A DNA stretch of 64,000 nt from contig JALTXX010000016.1 of assembly GCA_027046625.1 (NCBI GenBank), forward strand, positions 5,512 through 69,511. Direction: 5' to 3'. The notes below the pieces were generated by a model. The model saw only the letters and a program-made list of their open reading frames with translations. It was not told the DNA's origin and ran no database searches. How positions within the stretch are numbered: the stretch's first letter is position 1; the number at the start of each line of letters is the position of its first letter. Shown here piece after piece: positions 50,474 through 58,062 of this stretch. Made by a program: the position numbers and the translations under genes. The DNA is from Candidatus Micrarchaeota archaeon. Its GTDB lineage: Archaea; Iainarchaeota; Iainarchaeia; JAADDC01.

Positions 50474-51420
50474 TGCTTTTTTAGCTTTAGGATGAGGGAG
50501 TGGTATTTGTATGTTTTGTCCAGCATTTCAAGGTATCTTTGAAGAATCGCTGCCATGGCCCTTCTCTTCGTGTTTTTGTCCCTTATCTTTTCAAGAGTGG
50601 ATTCCATAAACTCTGAGAGAGCTGGGGTGGAGAAAAGATGCCATAAAATCTCAACCTTATCCTCAATGTTTTTATCAGGCCTGAATCTGCCCTCAATAGT
50701 GTCTTTAACAGCCTTCTTCAGCTCCTCCTCTATGGATTCCCTGTATTTGTGTGGAGTGTAGGGAGCTTCCTCGCAGCGACCTTCCTCTCTGCACTCCTTT
50801 ATCATGCGTTCAAATTCCTCTCTCCCCTCAAAGAAGGCTAGAGGTTTGTTCTTTGGTGCTACCTGGGGCAGCATGTAGCCCTCCTCCTTAGTGAGGGGCA
50901 TGTAATTCCACACCACCTCTATGGGGGTGTTGTACTTCTCTTCTATTTCTCTGACGATGCGGGCCACCTTTTCAGAATCCTTTAGGTTGTCCACCACAAT
51001 GAGCAGATCAAGATCATCTACCATGCCTATATCAGGAACGTCTCTCATTTTCACGGGAACCCCATACATATTCATGGTAAGGGTACCCCCTCTAACTGCA
51101 AATACCTTTAGATTCTTTCCCAACGCCTTTTTTACTTTGTTGTAAACCTCTATGGCAGTTTTTAGATGTTTCTTGTAAAGATCTGCGTACACGGTAGCCC
51201 CTTCCTTTACAATATCCCCTTTCAGATTCTTCATGACGGCGTCTTTCTTTGCAGCCGTTCTAATGGGGTATCCCTTCCTGAGCTCCTGCTCTCCTTTCTT
51301 ATTTATGTAGTAATATCCATGACCTATATTTTCTAGTTCTTTCCAGAATTCCTCAAATATGAAGGGTTTACCTCTTTCTCTCAATCTTTTGGCAGCCTTC
51401 TCCCACGGATGTATCTCCAT
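50470..51420 (-). CDS. hypothetical protein, possibly a divergent Pol-beta-superfamily nucleotidyltransferase
   Basis: 316 aa; weak GG ... DDLDLLIVVD pattern resembling NTase G[GS] ... DhD; otherwise unrecognised. Confidence 0.35.
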   Translation of the reverse strand: MEIHPWEKAAKRLRERGKPFIFEEFWKELENIGHGYYYINKKGEQELRKGYPIRTAAKKDAVMKNLKGDIVKEGATVYADLYKKHLKTAIEVYNKVKKALGKNLKVFAVRGGTLTMNMYGVPVKMRDVPDIGMVDDLDLLIVVDNLKDSEKVARIVREIEEKYNTPIEVVWNYMPLTKEEGYMLPQVAPKNKPLAFFEGREEFERMIKECREEGRCEEAPYTPHKYRESIEEELKKAVKDTIEGRFRPDKNIEDKVEILWHLFSTPALSEFMESTLEKIRDKNTKRRAMAAILQRYLEMLDKTYKYHSLILKLKKH

Positions 51421-51469
51421 GTTTCTACAATGTCATGGATCTTTAAATGCTCTTGCCATAACTTTCTTT

Positions 51470-51553
51470 GCCGGGGTGGCCGAGCGGTCCAAGGCGCCGG
51501 ACTCGAGATCCGGTGGGATCACTCCCGCGCGGGTTCAAATCCCGCCCCCGGCG
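51470..51553 (+). tRNA. tRNA-Ser(CGA)
   Basis: acceptor GCCGGGG/CCCCGGC, long variable arm, T-loop GGTTCAAATCC, anticodon loop CTCGAGA. Confidence 0.8.
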
Positions 51554-51565
51554 CTGTTAAGCTTC

Positions 51566-51640
51566 CACAGTATCACATACTCTTATCCCCTTCCCTATAA
51601 GACAGATCTTCATCTCCAACGCTTCGCTCTTTGATTTTTT
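51566..51640 (-). pseudogene. relic 3-prime fragment of a third C-type-lectin pilin-like paralog (encodes ...LEMKICLIGKGIRVCDT)
   Basis: 36-nt imperfect direct repeat (3 mismatches) of the 3-prime end of the 51891 gene; hand translation matches the conserved C-terminus KICLIGEGVNVCDT of the paralogs; frame broken upstream. Confidence 0.4.
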
Positions 51641-51890
51641 CCCACTTCAGGGTATTTACTCTACCAGATAGGACCTCTCTTAGGCGCTCCTCGAGTTCTT
51701 TCCCACGGGTTTCTTCCTCTTTCTCAAATAGCAGGTCTACAAAAGTGTTGAATATTTCTTCCAAGTTAGTAATTCGTGTCTCCAGTTACTCGATCCTCTT
51801 CTCTAACGTGGTAGCCTTCTCCATGTTAAGAACTTACCCTATTCTACATTTAAACCTCTTCTATCACAGCCGAAATCTTGGTGGAGAATG

Positions 51891-52757
51891 TCAAGTGGCA
51901 GTAGTATCACAAACTCTTAGCCCCTTCCCTACAAGACACACCCTAACATCAATGAACTGAAAACCTGTTTTGGAGGGAATCGCCTGAAGTGTACAACTTG
52001 CACTCCCGCCTGGGGAAACAGGAAGGATAGTATCGCATTTTACAACCGGTATGTAGAGGGACCGTACAGTACCTCCTATGTTTACATCAACCCTGATTGG
52101 TTCTCCAATCCTCTTTGAGGCAACTGTATAACCAGATAATGTCTCTATCCTAAGCGTTAAACTTCCAAGGATCAAATTCCTTGTAGAAGAATGATTAGAC
52201 ACAGTAAACCCAATTCCGATCTTCTCACATATGAAGGGAAGAGGTACGGACCCATTTCTATCATCCCATCCCGTGGATGTTATGACGGCAACATCCTCCC
52301 CGTTAGCATCATCTGGCTTGCCACCCATCCAAAAATCACCCACTATAGGATCTCCCGTAATGTACTTCCACCCACCATCTGGCTCTGAAGATTCAGGGGA
52401 TTGGTACACCCCTATGTATGCTGCACTCCACCCCTTAGAGCTAACAATATTTTTCAGCACATTGTTTTGACCATCCGTTCTGGGAGTGGCAAGAAACATA
52501 CCCCTCTCTTTACAGTAATTAAATGCATCTACCCAGTTCATGGGGGTAGAAACAGGCAGGTAATAGTGCAAATAATAGCTAGCAATTCCTGGTGGACCTA
52601 CCTCTTTATAGGCTTCAAGCGACACCCCTATGGGAGAGGTATCCTCAGCTGTAGTCTGCTCAGAAAGTTTTGCCACACCCATGTATATGATTATCCCAAG
52701 TGCCAGTACTGTAGCTATGAGGAGGAGTGTTGCCACAATGGGTGAGATGCCTCTCAT
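51891..52757 (-). CDS. class III (type IV pilin-like) signal peptide protein with C-type lectin domain, paralog 1
   Basis: start trimmed to MRGISPIVATLLLIATVLALG; CTLD hallmarks NWVDAFNYC ... GWSAAYIGVYQ ... GGWKYITGD ... WMGGKPDD ... EDVAVI ... WDDRNG ... LPFICEK; C-terminal Cys-containing beta domain. Confidence 0.62.
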   Translation of the reverse strand: MRGISPIVATLLLIATVLALGIIIYMGVAKLSEQTTAEDTSPIGVSLEAYKEVGPPGIASYYLHYYLPVSTPMNWVDAFNYCKERGMFLATPRTDGQNNVLKNIVSSKGWSAAYIGVYQSPESSEPDGGWKYITGDPIVGDFWMGGKPDDANGEDVAVITSTGWDDRNGSVPLPFICEKIGIGFTVSNHSSTRNLILGSLTLRIETLSGYTVASKRIGEPIRVDVNIGGTVRSLYIPVVKCDTILPVSPGGSASCTLQAIPSKTGFQFIDVRVCLVGKGLRVCDTTAT

Positions 52758-52840
52758 CCTAACGAAAAAAAAACGATGAATAAATACCTTTCGGCCAGAG
52801 GTCGTTATGTATAATAACCCCTTATATACATCCCCTCCCA
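52758..52840 (-). promoter_or_regulatory. conserved 5-prime/promoter element of the lectin-pilin paralogs (copy 1)
   Basis: about 50 nt nearly identical to 54438-54490, including a T9 run and TATTTATT box, directly upstream of the MRGISP start. Confidence 0.4.
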
Positions 52841-52849
52841 TTTAATAGC

Positions 52850-53173
52850 ATGGAACCCCTTTCCACCATTAAGCGAATAATAGAGGAGGAAGCCTCCCGC
52901 CTCAACATAAAAATAGAGAGGATTATCCTCTTTGGAAGCAGAGCAAAGGGAACAGAGAGAAAGGATAGTGACTATGACATTCTAGTAATTACTCAGCATC
53001 CTGTAAGCAGACACCTTATGTATAAATTCCACTCTAACATTAGAATAAGGTTGTACAAACTTCTGGGGAGAGAGGTGGATATTATCGTTGTAGATAGGGA
53101 CTGGTTTAAGCGGAGGAGTAGATTATGGGGAAGCGTGGAATACGCAGCGGCAAGGGAAGGAATGGTGGTGTGA
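52850..53173 (+). CDS. minimal nucleotidyltransferase (MNT) of a HEPN-MNT toxin-antitoxin pair
   Basis: 107 aa; LFGSRAKGTERKDSDYDILV NTase motif (GSxxxG ... DxD). Confidence 0.75.
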   Translation: MEPLSTIKRIIEEEASRLNIKIERIILFGSRAKGTERKDSDYDILVITQHPVSRHLMYKFHSNIRIRLYKLLGREVDIIVVDRDWFKRRSRLWGSVEYAAAREGMVV

Positions 53174-53553
53174 GTATTGTATGTGAGTGGTTGGAAAGAG
53201 CTAATAGAGACCTGAAAGCGTCTAAGTTACTCCTAGAGGAAGGATTATACGAGGAGTCAACCTTTCATTCCCAACAGGCTGTAGAAAAAGCCCTGAAGGC
53301 ACTCCTTTTGGCTGTAAGGATCTTACCGCCAAGGACCCATAGCATAGAGCGGTTGTTGAGTATGCTAGAGGAGAAGATTGATGTTTCTTGGGCGTATGAG
53401 ATGCACTTGCCAGCACTAACCTACTATGCCATAGAGGTGAGATACCCGTCCCCTCCTGTATCTGAGGAGGAGGCAATAGATATGCTAGATATAGCAAGAA
53501 AAGCGATTGAAAGGGTGAAACTAATCTTGAAAGAGAAGAAAATACAATGCTAG
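53170..53553 (+). CDS. HEPN-domain protein, partner of the MNT
   Basis: start placed at GTG overlapping the MNT stop (GTGA); R-x6-H HEPN-like motif (RILPPRTH); ORF track gives a longer form from 53125. Confidence 0.62.
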   Translation: MSIVCEWLERANRDLKASKLLLEEGLYEESTFHSQQAVEKALKALLLAVRILPPRTHSIERLLSMLEEKIDVSWAYEMHLPALTYYAIEVRYPSPPVSEEEAIDMLDIARKAIERVKLILKEKKIQC

Positions 53554-53555
53554 AT

Positions 53556-54437
53556 CTATACCTTCACCGTATCACACACATTTACCCCTTCTCCAATAAG
53601 GCAAATCTTCAACTTGGATACCTCATAATCTACCTCCTTTAGAGGAAACGCCCAGAGAGAGCACGAGGCACTTACATTGGGTGGCACATCCCATCTATCA
53701 CATTTTAGGCGGGGAACGCTAACCCCTCCTACTCTTGTATTATTTATGTCCACAGAAAACCAGCTGAGGGAGTCTGTCTTCACCGCTGCTAGCAGTCTAT
53801 TGTTTAGTGCGTCATACACATGAACACTTACATTGGTGAGATTCAGAATGCCTTCAGAGGATACATTGGTAACCGTGAATCCAATCATAATCTTTTCACA
53901 CACAAAGGGAAATAACTCCGCTCCGCTATAGTCATGAAGACCATCTGACCTTATAGCCGCCACATCTTCAGCTGTGTTATCATCTGGCTGCCCACTTGCC
54001 CAGAATCCTTCCCCTATCAATCCCATTGCATCCCCCGTAACATAGTACCATCCCTTGTCTGGCTCAGAAGACCCAGGACTCTGGAATACACCCACCCATG
54101 CGGCTGTCCACCCCTTGGCTGCAAGGATATGCTTTATCTTATCGAGCTGCAGAAGGGACTTTGGAGCTGCAAGAAACATCCCCCTCTCCTTACAATAGTT
54201 AAACGCTCCTATCCAGTTCATTCCCGTAGAAACAGGCACATAGTACCTGAAGTAGCCAATGGATGCCCCTCGTGGTGGATAATCTAGGTATGCCTCCATC
54301 ACAACAGAGTATATCTGCCCCTGCTGGCCAGAGGTACCCTCCACCATCTGAGAAACACCCATATAGAGCAATGCTCCAATAGCAACAACGATAGCAATCA
54401 ACAGCACCGTTGCCACGATGGGTGAGATACCTCTCAT
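53556..54437 (-). CDS. class III (type IV pilin-like) signal peptide protein with C-type lectin domain, paralog 2
   Basis: MRGISPIVATVLLIAIVVAIG; CTLD hallmarks NWIGAFNYC ... GWTAAWVGVFQ ... KGWYYVTGD ... WASGQPDD ... EDVAAI ... FPFVCEK with QPD motif. Confidence 0.65.
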   Translation of the reverse strand: MRGISPIVATVLLIAIVVAIGALLYMGVSQMVEGTSGQQGQIYSVVMEAYLDYPPRGASIGYFRYYVPVSTGMNWIGAFNYCKERGMFLAAPKSLLQLDKIKHILAAKGWTAAWVGVFQSPGSSEPDKGWYYVTGDAMGLIGEGFWASGQPDDNTAEDVAAIRSDGLHDYSGAELFPFVCEKIMIGFTVTNVSSEGILNLTNVSVHVYDALNNRLLAAVKTDSLSWFSVDINNTRVGGVSVPRLKCDRWDVPPNVSASCSLWAFPLKEVDYEVSKLKICLIGEGVNVCDTVKV

Positions 54438-54498
54438 CCTAACGAAAAAAAAACGATGAATAAATACCTTTCGGTTGGGAATTGTTATGTATAATTAT
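54438..54498 (-). promoter_or_regulatory. conserved 5-prime/promoter element of the lectin-pilin paralogs (copy 2)
   Basis: near-identical to 52758-52810; sits between the kaiC-like stop and the paralog 2 start. Confidence 0.4.
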
Positions 54499-55251
54499 CT
54501 ATCTTAGGGCTTCCCAGAGGATTTCGTCGTGAGAATACACCTGTATTCCCTTTTCCGTAATAGCTAGAGGATGCACTCTGTTTGAATGTCTTGTACCTCT
54601 CATCTTTCGTATAAAGATTGCCCTGTGGGGCGGTATAAAGTATAGCCTTATCACACCATCTGCTACAAACTCCTCCACTCCAAAGGTGGAGAACTTCATC
54701 CTATCATCCGGAGCTCCTGCTGTAAGAACGGTGGTTACTCCCAACTCCTTTAGCTTATCCAGCAGATAGTACAAGTAAAAATCTACGGAAGAGGGATCAT
54801 ATGCCCATATACCCTTTGTACTATCTCCTGCAAGTGGAACAGCCCCCAAATATTTTACCAACGCAGTCAGAGAGTCTATGGCAACTCTAAAGGCTTCAAT
54901 CTTTGTTACCAGACTTACAATTTCATCCACTTCTTTTCTCCAGTTTTCTCTAAACTGGCGAGGGGAGGATACCCTTACTCTGAAGATCTTCATGGCATTG
55001 GCAACAGAAGTATAATCCCACTTGAAGTTCTGCAGGTTCCACGTGATGTTGGAGGCTGGCTCCTCCAGCGTTATAAACACACCGGGCTCTTGATAGAGGG
55101 ACGCTCCTGCGTAGATATATTGCAGTGCAAAGATAGTTTTACCTGTACCCGGACCGCCAACCACCAGAATATTGGAGTTGCGGGGGAACCCCCCAGATAT
55201 GAGGTCATCCAAACCTGGGATGCCTGTCTGTACTCTCTCCACGCTATCCAT
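54499..55251 (-). CDS. KaiC-like RecA-superfamily ATPase (single domain)
   Basis: 250 aa; GIPGLDDLISGGFPRNSNILVVGGPGTGKTIFALQYIYAG matches the KaiC family N-terminal motif. Confidence 0.75.
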   Translation of the reverse strand: MDSVERVQTGIPGLDDLISGGFPRNSNILVVGGPGTGKTIFALQYIYAGASLYQEPGVFITLEEPASNITWNLQNFKWDYTSVANAMKIFRVRVSSPRQFRENWRKEVDEIVSLVTKIEAFRVAIDSLTALVKYLGAVPLAGDSTKGIWAYDPSSVDFYLYYLLDKLKELGVTTVLTAGAPDDRMKFSTFGVEEFVADGVIRLYFIPPHRAIFIRKMRGTRHSNRVHPLAITEKGIQVYSHDEILWEALR

Positions 55252-55293
55252 TATAGGGAGGAGGTTTATATAGGTTGGTGTAATTAGTCTTGA

Positions 55294-55950
55294 GTGGAAG
55301 AGGGTAAAATTGTGGAACTGGTAAGGGTGCCAGAGTGGAAGAGTATGTTGTATGAATTGGTGGATAAAGGGGAAATTGACCCCTGGAATGTAGACATTGT
55401 AAGGCTAACAAGCATATTCATAGAGGAAATCAGACAAATGAAGTCAAAAGATCTTTATATACCCGCTAATGTGGTACTAGCAGCTTCCATCCTCTTATAC
55501 CTTAAGTCCTCCATACTGAGGGAAGAAAAAGAGGAGAGAGATACGGAGGTAGTGGAAGATATAGTGCTTCCAGAACCAGAAGATGTACCCCCTCCGACAG
55601 AGGAGGTGGTGGCTCCCCTGAGGCTAACGAGGCGAAAGGTATCCCTGGAGGAGCTCATGAATGTTATGGAGAAACTCATGAAGAAAACTCCCAAAAAGGA
55701 GCCCTATAAACCCCCTGAGGTGGAGGAGGTATTTGCCCTACCTGATGAGGGCGAGGAGGTAGATCTTTACATAGAAGAAGTTTATAGGAAGGTAAGGAAC
55801 GCAGAAGTTGTGTATCTGAGAGAGTTATACAATGATACAGAGGAGTTTGTGAGGGTACTATTGGCATTGCTCTACCTTGCGACGGAGGGAAAGGTAGAAC
55901 TCATCCAGGAGGAGATTTTTGGGGAGGTACTGGTAAAGGTGGTATCATGA
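55294..55950 (+). CDS. scpA: segregation and condensation protein A (kleisin ScpA)
   Basis: 218 aa; N-terminal LVDKGEIDPWNVDIV motif of archaeal ScpA; ATGA overlap with scpB. Confidence 0.7.
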   Translation: MEEGKIVELVRVPEWKSMLYELVDKGEIDPWNVDIVRLTSIFIEEIRQMKSKDLYIPANVVLAASILLYLKSSILREEKEERDTEVVEDIVLPEPEDVPPPTEEVVAPLRLTRRKVSLEELMNVMEKLMKKTPKKEPYKPPEVEEVFALPDEGEEVDLYIEEVYRKVRNAEVVYLRELYNDTEEFVRVLLALLYLATEGKVELIQEEIFGEVLVKVVS

Positions 55951-56375
55951 TAAATGAGCTGGAAGCTATCCTATTTATCTCTCCTCGTCCCTTAACCATA
56001 AAGGAGCTATCTCAGATGTTAGACACCACCCCACACGAGATAGAAGAACTCTTAAAGGAGTTGGAAAAGAGGTATGCCCCTACTTCCATAGAGATAAAGA
56101 AATATGGTGATGGTATAAGGATGGAGCTAAAGAAGGAGTACGCACACTTTGTAAACAAATTCAACCTCCTCCCCGAGTTCAGCAAGGGAGAGCTGAAGGC
56201 TATCGCGCTTCTCATGAAGGAAGGAGAAGTATCCATGTCTAAGCTGAGGAAAGTATACAAAAATGCAAAGGAGTTGGTGGAAAAGCTTAGAAATTATGGG
56301 TTTGTGGTGATGAAAAGGGAAGGGAGGTATATAAAGATCCGTAAAACGAAAATCATGGACACCTACTTCAAATGA
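55947..56375 (+). CDS. scpB: segregation and condensation protein B (ScpB)
   Basis: 142 aa; LEAILFISPRPLTIKEL winged-helix N-terminus. Confidence 0.75.
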   Translation: MINELEAILFISPRPLTIKELSQMLDTTPHEIEELLKELEKRYAPTSIEIKKYGDGIRMELKKEYAHFVNKFNLLPEFSKGELKAIALLMKEGEVSMSKLRKVYKNAKELVEKLRNYGFVVMKREGRYIKIRKTKIMDTYFK

Positions 56376-56800
56376 ATGTGCTGCTCTCCCTGCCCTTCAC
56401 CTTTCTTTAGAACGATTTCCAATATTCCATTCCTCTCTTCTACACTCTCCGGTGATGGAAGAACAGTGGATGGTAGCTTGATATATCTCTCCCCCTTTGG
56501 AGTTTCTACAAGAATGTGATCCGTTCTTATGGAAATTTTGCCTTTCTTAATGTTTCTCCTGTCCACCGTTACCACAATCTCATTTCCAGCATCCACAACC
56601 TCGTATGGTACATATATCTTTCTCTTCCTTGGTTTTATGGGGTCAATATGCACATTCCCCTCGGGATCTATGCTGATCTTTACTCCTACAGCTCCAGAAC
56701 TGAAGGCGCTCATCATCCTGTTAAACACGCTGTAGAAGTACTTTTCCAGATCTTCATCCCTGTCCATCGATACTAAATAGAACGAAGCATTTAAAACCAT
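56363..56800 (-). CDS. hsp20: small heat shock protein, Hsp20/alpha-crystallin family
   Basis: 145 aa; alpha-crystallin domain pattern (VVDAGNEIVVTVD ... NGILEIVLKK). Confidence 0.8.
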   Translation of the reverse strand: MVLNASFYLVSMDRDEDLEKYFYSVFNRMMSAFSSGAVGVKISIDPEGNVHIDPIKPRKRKIYVPYEVVDAGNEIVVTVDRRNIKKGKISIRTDHILVETPKGERYIKLPSTVLPSPESVEERNGILEIVLKKGEGQGEQHIHLK

Positions 56801-57460
56801 CTATGGGAGAAAGTCCTCAAGGGAGGACTGGGAAAGCTTTTTATTTATTGTTCTAATTGTTTTCCAGCTTCTTCTCACAAAGGTAGGCACCCTCCCCATA
56901 TCCTTTATCCACCGCTCCACGAAGGAAACTGTTTCACTATCGTGAGGGTAGCCGGATCCCACCCTTCCGTATACAGCCTCGATTCCCCTGATAATCCTGT
57001 CTCTTACCACCTTTGCTACTATAGAAGCAGCTGACACCACCGGATATATCCTATCAGCCCTGTGGGACGCTACAACATTCTTTCCGGTTTTCTCCCTTAG
57101 CATCTTTTCGAACCTGTTCGTATCCACATCGGGTGCGTCTACGTATATAATATCCGCTTTCGAGCGGGAGATAAGCCCAGACATAACCTCCATTTCAAGC
57201 CTATTTAAACCTCTAACACTTACGTATTCATCTATTACAAAGGGTTCTACCCTTTCCACTAACACTCTCTTCGAAATGTCAAGAATTTGGTTGTAAAGCT
57301 CCTCTCTCTCCTTGTGATCTAAAAGCTTAGAGTCTTTTACCCCGATCTCCTTCAAAAGATTTTCATCCTCCACCTCAACTAGCGCCACAACGAGAGGCCC
57401 TACGAGGGGTCCTCTTCCAGCCTCATCTACCCCTGCAATCACATAGGAATAATGGAGCAT
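56801..57460 (-). CDS. rnhB: ribonuclease HII
   Basis: start trimmed to MLHYSYVIAGVDEAGRGPLVGPLVV (ORF-track start 57637 judged spurious). Confidence 0.85.
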   Translation of the reverse strand: MLHYSYVIAGVDEAGRGPLVGPLVVALVEVEDENLLKEIGVKDSKLLDHKEREELYNQILDISKRVLVERVEPFVIDEYVSVRGLNRLEMEVMSGLISRSKADIIYVDAPDVDTNRFEKMLREKTGKNVVASHRADRIYPVVSAASIVAKVVRDRIIRGIEAVYGRVGSGYPHDSETVSFVERWIKDMGRVPTFVRRSWKTIRTINKKLSQSSLEDFLP

Positions 57461-57462
57461 GT

Positions 57463-57470
57463 ATTTTAAA
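57463..57470 (+). promoter_or_regulatory. TATA-like box (TTTTAAAC) 26 nt upstream of bcp
   Basis: A/T box in the 35-nt divergent intergenic region. Confidence 0.35.
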
Positions 57471-57495
57471 CAACAATACATACTCTTTTCTATAC

Positions 57496-57948
57496 ATGGA
57501 AAACATCCCACACTTTTGCCTAAAGGGCATAGACGAAGAGGGAAGAGAAATAGAGCTATGTGACAAGGATCTAAAGGGGTGGAGCGTAATATACTTTTAC
57601 CCCAAGGACAATACACAGGGATGCACCATAGAGGCAAAGGAGTTTTCTTCCCTGAGGGAAGAGTTTGACAGATTAGGAGTTAGAATTATAGGAATAAGCA
57701 AGGATAGTGTGGAAAGCCACAAAAAATTCAGGGAAAAGCATAATCTTAGAATTGTGCTGCTGTCCGATCCCTCTACGGAAGTTATAAGAAAGTTTGGAGC
57801 ATGGGGTAAGAGGTTTGGAAGAGAGACTACCATCCGTTCCACCTTTATTGTGGATCCAGAGGGTAACATTAGGTGGAAGAAGATTGGCGTAAAAGCAAAA
57901 GGACACGCAAAGGAGGTACTGGACATTCTAAGGGAGTTGATAAGATGA
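57496..57948 (+). CDS. bcp: peroxiredoxin, Bcp/PrxQ type
   Basis: 150 aa; FYPKDNTQGCT peroxidatic Cys motif. Confidence 0.85.
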   Translation: MENIPHFCLKGIDEEGREIELCDKDLKGWSVIYFYPKDNTQGCTIEAKEFSSLREEFDRLGVRIIGISKDSVESHKKFREKHNLRIVLLSDPSTEVIRKFGAWGKRFGRETTIRSTFIVDPEGNIRWKKIGVKAKGHAKEVLDILRELIR

Positions 57949-58062
57949 TACTCCACTGCAGGAAGTGTGGACTACATTATAGAAGCATCTTGTGGACCAT
58001 TCTTTGCAACGTGTGGTGCACTTTCCACACTAGCTGCAACCTTAAAATAATACAACACTCAA

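Noticed and set aside
50470-51420. 316-aa protein as the archaeal CCA-adding enzyme
   Set aside because: It lacks the clear class I motif GSxxxGxxxxxSDIDV and is about 100 aa too short; only a weak NTase-like pattern is present.
51359-51634. ORFs 51359-51634 and 51409-51600 (plus strand)
   Set aside because: They run through tRNA-Ser; artefacts of GC-rich tRNA sequence.
51553-51939. Direct repeats after tRNA-Ser as attL/attR of an integrated element
   Set aside because: The repeats are only about 330 nt apart and no integrase is present. The repeat corresponds to the protein-coding 3-prime end of the lectin-pilin family, not to the tRNA, so it is better explained as a paralog remnant.
53222-53497. 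91-aa minus-strand ORF
   Set aside because: Antisense to the HEPN gene; no independent support.
51891-54437. Diversity-generating retroelement (DGR) targeting the C-type lectin domains
   Set aside because: DGR variable regions sit in CLec folds, but the window contains no reverse transcriptase and no template repeat, and the CTLD here is internal rather than C-terminal.
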